64,000 nt of DNA, taken from positions 288,001 through 352,000 of the forward strand of contig OZ241362.1 of NCBI GenBank assembly GCA_965200315.1, in the 5' to 3' direction. Each line of letters starts with the position of its first letter. Within the stretch, counting starts at the first letter, position 1. Position numbers and translations under genes: made by a program. The stretch is from Candidatus Latescibacterota bacterium (lineage in GTDB: Bacteria > Latescibacterota > UBA2968 > UBA8231). The notes under the pieces are model-generated. The model saw only the letters and a program-made list of their open reading frames with translations, was not told the DNA's origin and did not search any database. This document shows, one piece after another, positions 23,432-31,625 of this stretch.

Positions 23432-23983
23432 GTGCAATCTGCTGAATTCGAGGAACTAATGGCTGTGACGATGAGACCGCCCGATGCGGCAAAAAGCGAG
23501 GTACGAAGTGCTATGGAAGGGGGATTCAAGCGCCTAGGTGCTCTTTTTCTCAAGGTAATGGCCGTGCCGATGGTGCCGATAGGGCTAGGGTTTATGCTCT
23601 ACGGCCTTTTTCAAATTCTCCATGCCGATGGTCCAGATTCACATTTCGAGTTTTTCGCCATTGGCGTCACCCAGGCCATTTTCGGTAGCTTGCTCTGGAT
23701 ACTGGCCAAAAAGCTCGATGCGGCCGCGCATTTGGTGCGCTACCGACGGCAGCAGAACCGCGTGGTGCGGCTGGCCCAGAAGAGAAATGGCCGCCTGACG
23801 GTGACCGAAACGGCGGCCGATACCGGGCTGACGGTCGAGGAAGCCTCTGAGATTCTCAAGTGCTTGGCCGACGGGGGGTTCGTCGAGGTCGAAATAACCG
23901 ATTCGGGCCTGATCGTCTATCGCTTTCCAGAAGTGCTTTTCGCGCATGAGAAACACTGGAGCCGGGGCGTGGAAAGTGCCTGA
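23432..23983 (+). CDS. membrane protein with 2 TMs and a C-terminal winged-helix-like domain (start may be 23459 or 23471)
   Basis: Two hydrophobic helices then GRLTVTETAADTGLTVEEASEILKCLADGGFVEVEITDSGLIVYRF. Confidence 0.75.
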   Translation: MQSAEFEELMAVTMRPPDAAKSEVRSAMEGGFKRLGALFLKVMAVPMVPIGLGFMLYGLFQILHADGPDSHFEFFAIGVTQAIFGSLLWILAKKLDAAAHLVRYRRQQNRVVRLAQKRNGRLTVTETAADTGLTVEEASEILKCLADGGFVEVEITDSGLIVYRFPEVLFAHEKHWSRGVESA

Positions 23984-24018
23984 GACAAACAGGCTATAGA
24001 TCGGACAGGAGGGAGCAA

Positions 24019-24258
24019 ATGAGTGGGTTTTTACAGGTCGCCATTGGCGTATGTCTCATCATCCTGTGCATTGGATTGGTCAATTGGGGAAACAAGTATT
24101 ATTCGAGCCGCAAGGGACGAGACAAAAAAGCGAAACAAGAAGAGGATCTGATCATCCAACGTCTAGAACGAGTTGAGCGGCGGCTGACCGAGGTGCAGGA
24201 CGTGATGATCACTCTCAGCGAAAAAATCGACCGGCTGGAGGTGAGAGAAAGGGGCTAA
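24019..24258 (+). CDS. small single-TM coiled-coil protein (PspB-like topology)
   Basis: GGAGGGAG RBS; N-terminal TM, basic linker, coiled coil RLERVERRLTEVQDVMITLSEKID. Confidence 0.75.
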   Translation: MSGFLQVAIGVCLIILCIGLVNWGNKYYSSRKGRDKKAKQEEDLIIQRLERVERRLTEVQDVMITLSEKIDRLEVRERG

Positions 24259-24541
24259 ATCATGAACAAGAATAAGGGGGTCGTCTTCGGGGTCTTCGTC
24301 GGTATCGCGTCGTGTGTGCTTTTCTTTTTTGCGGTGGAAAGCCACCTAGGTGCCGTACTTTTGTTGGTTGCCGTGGCGATTTTTGTCGGGACCAAAGGTG
24401 CTGACTACCTCAAGCTCAAAGCGACGGTATCCGAGGACAAGGGCATTGAGCCGGACGAACTGCGAGAGCGGTTGACCGCAGTTGAGCGGCGGCTGACTGA
24501 GGTGCAGGACGTCATGATCGCTCTCAGCGAAAAAATTGACC
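24171..24541 (+). repeat. 62-nt direct repeat (24171-24232 and 24480-24541), 58/62 identical
   Basis: Direct comparison shows 4 substitutions; both copies encode VERRLTEVQDVMIxLSEKID. Confidence 0.95.
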
Positions 24542-24594
24542 ACATGGACGGAACAGGATCTAAGTCTTGGGAGCGCCAAGAACTGCGAGAGTAA
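24262..24594 (+). CDS. small 2-TM coiled-coil protein
   Basis: Two TMs then RLTAVERRLTEVQDVMIALSEKID. Confidence 0.75.
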   Translation: MNKNKGVVFGVFVGIASCVLFFFAVESHLGAVLLLVAVAIFVGTKGADYLKLKATVSEDKGIEPDELRERLTAVERRLTEVQDVMIALSEKIDHMDGTGSKSWERQELRE

Positions 24595-24603
24595 GGCTAG
24601 GCC

Positions 24604-25959
24604 GTGAATTGGTTCGACCGCGCTGTAGAGGCTTGTGAAGGTGCGCGTTGGGCCGAGGCTCTGGAGTGGTGCGAACGCGGCCTAGCGCAGGTGCCCGACG
24701 ACTTGGAACTCCAGCACCGCAAAGGGCTTTGTCTCTTGGGATTGGGAGACGAGCAAGCGGCCATCGCCGCGCTGGAAGCGGCCGCGGCGCGTGGGCATCT
24801 AGAAAGTCACTACCAACTCGGCTTGCTTGCGATGCGCCAAGGGCGGCGGAACGCCCGGTTCCACGAGCGGTCGCTGGCGCACTTTGAGGCCATCGTGTGC
24901 GCGACTGAGGAAGGGCGCGAATATCCAGATCTAGATCGCGTCTTTTTCGCTCTTGGTAGCCAGTATAACGAAGATCCACAGCGCCGTGAGGAAGCCATCC
25001 GCGCGTTCCGCCAAGGATTGGCTATCAACCCGCTTTCCGCGGTTGGCCACAACAGTTTGGGCCAGCTCTTGCTGCAAGGCGGCCAGGTGTTGGGGGCGAT
25101 GGGGGAATTCAAAGTTGCCATCCAGCTCGACCCCAAGCTCAGTCAGCCCTATGCGAATTTGGCCCGTTTGTTTTTTCGCCACGTAAAACCCCCTGAATTA
25201 GAACAAGAATACCAGCACATCTGCGAGGAGTTCGCGCAAAGTGCTCCGCAGGTCCTCGCACGTTTGTCGCTGGAAATGGTCAAATTGGGGAAGGAACAGG
25301 TATACGAGGGATTTTACACGAAGGGGCATCGCATCAAAAACCTGATGGGGATCATCGGCAGCCGCTTGCGAGGGCTAGGACGCAAGGCCGAAGGGGTGCA
25401 ACGGGGGGAATTGAATCGCTTAGGGGGCGAATACGAGGCCCTGTACGACGAATGGGTGGGGTTTTTGGAAGCGATGAAAACAGATAAAATCCATCCAGCA
25501 GGGATCGATTTAGGACACTTGGTGCGTCGGGTAGCCGCTGGATTTGACCGCCAAACTTGGAAATCCGCGATCCAGACGCGGGTACAAGCGGGTGTGCCGC
25601 GCGTGGAGGCCGACGAGCGGATGTTGCGCGAGGCCATTACCAACCTCTGCCTCAACGCTTTGGAAATTCTCGAAGAAAAACGCGGCGGTCAAGTGGTGCT
25701 GGGTGCTGGCTACGACGAGGAGCAGTCGCTGGTCTTTATTGAGGTTGAGGACGATGGGCCAGGCATTGAGGAAGAGCATTTGGAATTGATATTTGAACCT
25801 GGATTTACCACTAGGGAGCGGGGCAATGGCTATGGCTTGAGCATTGCGCGCCGCATTGCTCAAGCCCATCAAGGCGTGTTGCGCGTAAAGAGTAGAAGGG
25901 GACATGGAACCGTTTTTCGGCTCGATCTGCCGCTCAATTTCGCAGGCGGCGAGACCTAG
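24604..25959 (+). CDS. soluble TPR-repeat histidine kinase
   Basis: TPR repeats; H-box GHRIKN; N-box NLCLNA; DDGPGI, IFEPGFTT, GNGYGL; no TM. Confidence 0.88.
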   Translation: MNWFDRAVEACEGARWAEALEWCERGLAQVPDDLELQHRKGLCLLGLGDEQAAIAALEAAAARGHLESHYQLGLLAMRQGRRNARFHERSLAHFEAIVCATEEGREYPDLDRVFFALGSQYNEDPQRREEAIRAFRQGLAINPLSAVGHNSLGQLLLQGGQVLGAMGEFKVAIQLDPKLSQPYANLARLFFRHVKPPELEQEYQHICEEFAQSAPQVLARLSLEMVKLGKEQVYEGFYTKGHRIKNLMGIIGSRLRGLGRKAEGVQRGELNRLGGEYEALYDEWVGFLEAMKTDKIHPAGIDLGHLVRRVAAGFDRQTWKSAIQTRVQAGVPRVEADERMLREAITNLCLNALEILEEKRGGQVVLGAGYDEEQSLVFIEVEDDGPGIEEEHLELIFEPGFTTRERGNGYGLSIARRIAQAHQGVLRVKSRRGHGTVFRLDLPLNFAGGET

Positions 25960-25986
25960 CCTTTCAGCGGTTGAACGAGGATAGAT

Positions 25987-27411
25987 ATGGCAAGCCCAAA
26001 ACAGAAAGCCGTCTTAATCGCCGATGACCAGCAGGAATTGCGCGAGATGTTGTCAGAGAAACTGCGCAGCTTGGGCAAGGAGGTCATCTCGTTTTCCAAT
26101 GGTCAGCGGTTGCTCGGACATCTGACCGCTCGACCGAGGGAAGTCGAACTTGTGGTACTGGATTTAGACTTTGGCGTTGGCCAGCCCAATGGCCTCGAAG
26201 TGCTAAGAGAGATCAAAAAGCACTGGGCCGAGTTGCCGGTTATCATTCTCACGGGCAAGGGAAGCGTTGATTTGGCCGTCGAAGCGGTGCAGGCTGGGGC
26301 GGCGGATTTTATCGAGAAGGACTTATACGTCGAAGACAAGCTCGAAGTAGAAATGGAAAAGGTCGAGCGGATGTTGGCGGTCTTGCGTGAAAACTCCCGA
26401 CTCAAGGCGGAGAATGAGGCCCTAGACCGCGACAACACCTTTTATCGGACCCAGCTAGGCCAGCGCTATAAGATCGTCAGCCGCAGTCCCTTGATTCAAA
26501 ACCTGCTAAAGCAAGTTGAACAGATTGCCTCCATACCGCGACCCGTGCTGATCTGCGGCGAGCGCGGCACTGGCAAAGAGCTGATCGCCGCGGCCTTGCA
26601 CTACGGGAGCAATCGCCGCGATCGGGCCTTTGTTAAGATGAACTGCGCGGTGCTGTCGGATACCCTACTTGAAAGCGAGCTGTTTGGCCACGAGAAAGGG
26701 GCCTTTACGGGCGCGACCGAGAAGCGCCACGGCCGCTTTGAAGCCGCCGATGGCGGCACACTCTTTCTCGACGAGATCAGCAATACTTCACTGGACTTTC
26801 AAAAAAACGTATTGCGCGTCATAGAATACCAAGAATTTGAACGCGCGGGCGGGACGCAGACTATCCACGTTGACGTACGCGTTGTGGCGGCGACCAACGC
26901 AGATCTGGAGCGGGAAATAGCTAGCGGGCAATTCCGTGCCGACCTCTACGACCGCCTGCGGTTTAGCGTACTCCAGCTACCGCCCTTGCGGGAGCGGCCC
27001 GAGGACATCCGGCCCTTGGTTACTTACTTTACTCAGCAGCTATGCGACGAAGTGCCGGCGATTGAACGACGCCTGTTCTCCGAAGGCGTTTTGGTCATGC
27101 TAGAGACCTATGCTTGGCCGGGCAATGTGCGCGAACTCAAATTCGCCGTTGAGCGCGCCCTCTGCGTCGCCCAAGGGGACGAAGTGGGCGTGGAGGACTT
27201 GCCCCCGGAAGTGCGCGGCAGTGGTGGCGTTGCCATTCCTGAGGAGGGCAGTTTCGACGAACAAATCGAGCGCGTTGAGCGAGGCTTGCTCGCTGGCGCC
27301 CTCTCCCGCGTGGGAGGACGGCAGAAAGACGCGGCTCGGCAACTGGGTTTGACCTACGACCGCTTTCGACACCTACTCCGCAAATACCAAATCACCATCT
27401 GTGCCCTCTGA
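25987..27411 (+). CDS. sigma-54 activator: receiver domain + PspF-like AAA+ + HTH
   Basis: REC (IADD, VLDL, LTG, EK); GERGTGKE, GAFTGA, LRVIEY, FRADLYDRL, HTH QKDAARQLGLTYDRFRHLLRKYQI. Confidence 0.92.
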   Translation: MASPKQKAVLIADDQQELREMLSEKLRSLGKEVISFSNGQRLLGHLTARPREVELVVLDLDFGVGQPNGLEVLREIKKHWAELPVIILTGKGSVDLAVEAVQAGAADFIEKDLYVEDKLEVEMEKVERMLAVLRENSRLKAENEALDRDNTFYRTQLGQRYKIVSRSPLIQNLLKQVEQIASIPRPVLICGERGTGKELIAAALHYGSNRRDRAFVKMNCAVLSDTLLESELFGHEKGAFTGATEKRHGRFEAADGGTLFLDEISNTSLDFQKNVLRVIEYQEFERAGGTQTIHVDVRVVAATNADLEREIASGQFRADLYDRLRFSVLQLPPLRERPEDIRPLVTYFTQQLCDEVPAIERRLFSEGVLVMLETYAWPGNVRELKFAVERALCVAQGDEVGVEDLPPEVRGSGGVAIPEEGSFDEQIERVERGLLAGALSRVGGRQKDAARQLGLTYDRFRHLLRKYQITICAL

Positions 27412-27482
27412 GCCGAGTCTTGTTGACAGTGGGAACGCGCCGGGTATATTAACCGCAAGGCTCCCACACGGGCGAGAGGCGC

Positions 27483-27806
27483 ATGGAAAAAGTTTACAAA
27501 GTTGAGACCACACTTTCCCACAGCTTGGCCGAACTCTATGCCGGCCTCGAAGAGGAGTTCGCCAACAAAAGCAGTATCCCCCTCTCGGACATGAACCGCA
27601 CGTTGTTGCAAACGGGCTTGATCCACCACTTGACGATGATGAGCGAGCTGGGGCTGATTGAGCCTGAGAAAGCTGCGAGGCTGTACGCGTTGATTGACCA
27701 AGTAGCAAAGGATACCATACTCTGGGACATCTTGCAGATGGTGCGGACATACTGGCGGGATTGCGGGTCTGGTGGGCCGGGCAGCTCCGGCGGCCTCAAA
27801 GTCTGA
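27483..27806 (+). CDS. hypothetical protein
   Basis: GAGG RBS, upstream TTGACA...TATATT promoter-like site at 27423-27450, host-like codon usage. Confidence 0.7.
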   Translation: MEKVYKVETTLSHSLAELYAGLEEEFANKSSIPLSDMNRTLLQTGLIHHLTMMSELGLIEPEKAARLYALIDQVAKDTILWDILQMVRTYWRDCGSGGPGSSGGLKV

Positions 27807-27856
27807 TGTGGAGTTTATAACTCGTTGTATGAATTGCAGTTCAGGGGGACGTATGG

Positions 27857-27885
27857 TTGACAATCCCCGTGGCCACAAGTATTAT
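27857..27885 (+). promoter_or_regulatory. sigma-70 promoter
   Basis: TTGACA-N17-TATTAT. Confidence 0.75.
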
Positions 27886-27931
27886 ACAACCTGTTTCTTG
27901 AACCTCTTTACTAAGCTGTTGAAGCGAGCAG

Positions 27932-28309
27932 ATGACCTCCTTTAGCGCAGCAGTTTTCGACCACTATCGGCACCCTCGCAACGCTGGGCAAATCGGCGAC
28001 GCCAATGCATCTGGGCAAGCTGAAAATCAGGCCTGCGGCGATGCGATGCAGCTTTTTGCCCGCGTCGAAGCCGGCCGCATCGTCCGCGCTAGCTGCAAGA
28101 CCTTTGGCTGCGCCCCTTCGGTCGCGGCTGGATCGGTGCTCACCGAGTTGCTGGCAGACTTACTGCTAGTGGATGCAGCCCAGCTACAGCCGGCAGCTAT
28201 TGAGGAAGCACTAGGGGGACTGCCGCCAATGAAGCGCCACGCCGCCCAACTAGCTGCTGACGCGGCTCGGGATCTAGTGAAAAATTACCAAGCCAATACG
28301 GCCTCCTAA
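27932..28309 (+). CDS. IscU/NifU-N type Fe-S scaffold-like protein
   Basis: DHYRHPRNAG, ACGD, FGC, LGGLPPMKRH. Confidence 0.85.
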   Translation: MTSFSAAVFDHYRHPRNAGQIGDANASGQAENQACGDAMQLFARVEAGRIVRASCKTFGCAPSVAAGSVLTELLADLLLVDAAQLQPAAIEEALGGLPPMKRHAAQLAADAARDLVKNYQANTAS

Positions 28310-28344
28310 CGCATTTTTAAACCTCAAGCCGAAAGGATTGCACC

Positions 28345-28965
28345 ATGGCTCACTCTCTTCCCGATCTCCCCTACGCCTATGACGCACTCGAACCGATCAT
28401 AGATGCCCGCACCATGGAGATTCACCACACCAAGCATCACAATACCTATGTGACCAGTCTCAACACCGCGCTCGAAGGGCACGACGACTTGGCCACTAAA
28501 AGCGCCGAAGACCTCATCAGTGGCCTCGACGCCGTCCCCGAGGACATCAGCACGGCGGTACGCAACCACGGCGGCGGTCATGCCAACCACAGCCTATTTT
28601 GGCAGATCATGGCTCCAGCAGGGGGGCGCGGCGAGCCTTCGGCTGAGCTCATCGCCGCAGCCGCAGCCGCATTTGGCAGCCAAGACGCAGCCCGCGAAGC
28701 CTTCGTGGACGCCGCAACTAAACGGTTCGGCAGCGGCTGGGCTTGGGTAGTAGTCAAGGACGGCAAGCTCGACATCCTCAGCACTGCCAATCAGGATAAT
28801 CCCCTGATGACTGGCGACGGAGTGCCCATCCTCGGCATCGATGTCTGGGAACACGCCTATTATCTCAACTATCAAAACCGTCGGCCCGACTACATCGCCG
28901 CTTGGCTTGAGACGATCAACTGGAACGAAGTCAATCGCCGCTTTGCCGAGGCGATGGGGAGTTAG
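28345..28965 (+). CDS. sodA: Mn/Fe superoxide dismutase
   Basis: [31 protein letters not shown] (GGG/NQD typical of Mn type). Confidence 0.95.
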   Translation: MAHSLPDLPYAYDALEPIIDARTMEIHHTKHHNTYVTSLNTALEGHDDLATKSAEDLISGLDAVPEDISTAVRNHGGGHANHSLFWQIMAPAGGRGEPSAELIAAAAAAFGSQDAAREAFVDAATKRFGSGWAWVVVKDGKLDILSTANQDNPLMTGDGVPILGIDVWEHAYYLNYQNRRPDYIAAWLETINWNEVNRRFAEAMGS

Positions 28966-28968
28966 CAG

Positions 28969-29436
28969 ATGGCGATCCAAGTAGGAGATACAGCGCCCGC
29001 GTTCACTCTCAAGAATGCGGATATGGAGGACGTAAGTCTCGTCGATTTCGCCGGTAAGAACGTCGTCTTGCTCTTCGTACCGCTGGCTTTCACCGGCGTT
29101 TGTACTCAGGAGTTGTGCGAGATTTCCGCCGGAATCAACGCGTACAATGATCTCGATGCCCAGGTTCTGGGAATCAGCGTCGATAGTCCGTTTAGCCTCA
29201 GCGCTTGGGCCGAAAAGGAAAGTATTGAGGTCCCGTTGCTCAGCGATTTCAACAAGGAAGTCTCCGCTGGATACGGTGCCCAACACGAAGACCTGTTGGG
29301 CTTCAAAGGAGTCGCCAAGCGCTCGGCTTTTGTCGTCGATGGGCAAGGCATCGTCCGCTACGCTTGGGTATCCGACAACCCCAAGGTTCTGCCGGATTTT
29401 GCGGCCATTAGGGCTTGTTTGCAATCGCTCAACTGA
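28969..29436 (+). CDS. peroxiredoxin (AhpE/BCP-like)
   Basis: PLAFTGVCTQELC, GISVDS, LLSD, RSAFVVD. Confidence 0.9.
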   Translation: MAIQVGDTAPAFTLKNADMEDVSLVDFAGKNVVLLFVPLAFTGVCTQELCEISAGINAYNDLDAQVLGISVDSPFSLSAWAEKESIEVPLLSDFNKEVSAGYGAQHEDLLGFKGVAKRSAFVVDGQGIVRYAWVSDNPKVLPDFAAIRACLQSLN

Positions 29437-29457
29437 AGCACTTCGTTTTCTCAGCAG

Positions 29458-29494
29458 AGTGGGGCAAGGCACAGACGGCTTTGCCCCACTGTTT
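29458..29494 (+). terminator. hairpin, possible terminator between peroxiredoxin and folE
   Basis: AGTGGGGCAAGGC-N7-GCTTTGCCCCACT followed by GTTT. Confidence 0.5.
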
Positions 29495-29520
29495 ATAGAG
29501 CCCGCAAAGGAAGGTGCGCA

Positions 29521-30147
29521 ATGGAAGATGTGACGGCAGGGTCGCTTGGTGAGCGAGATACTCCGAGTTGGCTCCAAGGCCAGAACAAGGCCAAGGCCGC
29601 CGAGATAGCCGGCCACTTCGCCCAGATAATGCAGGTTTTGGAGCTCGACTTGAGCGACCCACACTTGCGGGGAACTCCGGACCGCGTCGGGCGGATGTAC
29701 ATGGAGATCTTTCGGGAACTGGACGACCAAGGCGAACCGGAAATTACCTGCTTTCCCAATAGCCATGGCTATGACAACATGGTGATCGTCAAGGACATCG
29801 AGTTCTTTTCGGTCTGTTCCCACCACATAATCCCGTTTTTCGGCAAGGCGCATATAGCCTACATACCTGGGGACGCGATCGTCGGCTTGAGCAAAATCGT
29901 GCGCATCGTCGAATTTTACGCCCGCCGCCCCCAGCTCCAAGAGCGGCTCACCCAGCAAATTGTGGACTTCCTCGAAGCCAAGCTGTCGCCGAAAGGATCT
30001 ATCGTCGTAATGGAGGCTCGGCATTTGTGCATGGAGATGAGGGGGGTGGAAAGGCCCGGGGCCGTGACGACTACTTCAGCGCTTCGGGGCCGTTTTACCG
30101 AGCCGATAGTGCGCGAGGAATTTTTCAACTTAATCAAGAAAGATTGA
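29521..30147 (+). CDS. folE: GTP cyclohydrolase I
   Basis: TPDRV, SVCSHH, GLSKIVR, RRPQLQERLT, HLCMEMRGV. Confidence 0.95.
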   Translation: MEDVTAGSLGERDTPSWLQGQNKAKAAEIAGHFAQIMQVLELDLSDPHLRGTPDRVGRMYMEIFRELDDQGEPEITCFPNSHGYDNMVIVKDIEFFSVCSHHIIPFFGKAHIAYIPGDAIVGLSKIVRIVEFYARRPQLQERLTQQIVDFLEAKLSPKGSIVVMEARHLCMEMRGVERPGAVTTTSALRGRFTEPIVREEFFNLIKKD

Positions 30148-30165
30148 AGCAGCACGGGACGACCC

Positions 30166-31527
30166 ATGTCTGACGTTCAAGAGCAGGTGCTGACGCCGCC
30201 TACTAGCGTGGTATTGGATATCTCTCACCGGGACTTGCGCGACGACGAGTACTGGCGCGCCATTCCCGCCTATGCCGATTTGTGCGCCGATGAGTTCCAC
30301 GAGCACCGCTTTCAGAGCCGCAATAGCGTGACGAGCTTAAAGAAACTGCGGGAAGTACTCGGCGGCCTCGTTTCAGAAGCGTTTTATCGCGATGTCGAGC
30401 AGGGGCTTTTGCGCTCGCCGATGAGTCTGCGGATTTCTCCCTACCTACTCAGCTTGATCGATTGGTCGGCGCCAGCCGATGATCCGCTGCGCATTCAGTT
30501 TTTGCCCATGGAGTCGCGGATGCGACCCGACCACCCGGAACTTGCCCTAGATTCGCTGCACGAGCAAGTCGATTCTCCCGTGCCGGGCCTGACACATCGC
30601 TATGCCGACCGGGCGCTGTTTCTGACGCTGGACACCTGTCCGGTTTACTGCCGTTTCTGCACTCGTTCCTATGCGGTAGGCTTGGATACCGAGGATGTGG
30701 AAAAAGTGCATTTTGGGGCCGTTGCCCAGCGGTGGGAGCATGTTTTTGCCTATATCTCTTCGCGACCCGAGTTAGAAGACATCGTCATCAGTGGCGGCGA
30801 TGTGGCCAGCCTCAAGGCCGAACACATCGAATACATCGGCACTCGCTTACTCAATATCGAACACGTGCGGCGGATGCGCTACGCGACAAAAGCGCCGGCG
30901 ATTATGCCGCAGAAACTCGTCACAGACCGCGAGTGGGTTGATGCCCTTACGCGGGTTGTCGAAGCAGGGCGCAAAGTCCACAAGGAAGTTGCGCTGCACA
31001 CGCATTTCAACCACCCGCACGAAATCACGGCCATCAGCGGCCGCGCACTCGACGAATTGATGGAGCGCGGCATCTGCGTACGCAACCAGACCGTCTTGCA
31101 AAGGGGCGTCAATGACGACGTCGGCACCATGCAGCATCTCGTGCGGCAGCTCAGCTACCTCAACGTGCATCCGTATTACACCTTTGTCCACGATATGGTG
31201 CGCGGAGTCGAAGAGCTACGCACGACTTTAGCGACGGCGATTTCCCTAGAGAAGGCGGTTCGCGGGCGGACTGCGGGCTTCAATACGCCGGCCTTTGTGC
31301 TCGATACTATGGGGGGCGGGGGAAAGCGCGATGTCCACTCCTACGAACACTATGATCGCCAGACGGGCATCGCCGTATTTTCTAGTCCAGCCGTGCGGCC
31401 CGGCGAGTTATTCTTTTACTACGACCCCTTATATGCACTCGACCCGCTGATCGTCCAGCGTTGGAGCGATCCGGCCGAGCGTGCGGCTATGCGGCAAGCG
31501 GCGTTAGAAGCCGCCTGCCAGACGTAG
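30166..31527 (+). CDS. KamA family radical SAM / PLP aminomutase (lysine 2,3-aminomutase-like)
   Basis: GLTHRY, CPVYCRFCTR, ISGGD, HFNHPHE, NQTVLQRGVND, GGGK. Confidence 0.9.
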   Translation: MSDVQEQVLTPPTSVVLDISHRDLRDDEYWRAIPAYADLCADEFHEHRFQSRNSVTSLKKLREVLGGLVSEAFYRDVEQGLLRSPMSLRISPYLLSLIDWSAPADDPLRIQFLPMESRMRPDHPELALDSLHEQVDSPVPGLTHRYADRALFLTLDTCPVYCRFCTRSYAVGLDTEDVEKVHFGAVAQRWEHVFAYISSRPELEDIVISGGDVASLKAEHIEYIGTRLLNIEHVRRMRYATKAPAIMPQKLVTDREWVDALTRVVEAGRKVHKEVALHTHFNHPHEITAISGRALDELMERGICVRNQTVLQRGVNDDVGTMQHLVRQLSYLNVHPYYTFVHDMVRGVEELRTTLATAISLEKAVRGRTAGFNTPAFVLDTMGGGGKRDVHSYEHYDRQTGIAVFSSPAVRPGELFFYYDPLYALDPLIVQRWSDPAERAAMRQAALEAACQT

Positions 31528-31625
31528 CGAACGGGTAGGCACAAGGACTGGCATTTGCCCTTGTGGACTCGTATGTCTCATCTATTAGCAACATTAAACC
31601 TTTAAGACCATCAGGGCGTACAACA

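Noticed and set aside
29437-29520. THF-II (folE motif) or preQ1 riboswitch before folE
   Set aside because: Only a simple hairpin is visible; I could not match the consensus of either.
28594-30024. 476-aa minus-strand ORF
   Set aside because: Antisense shadow of sodA, peroxiredoxin and folE; no motifs.
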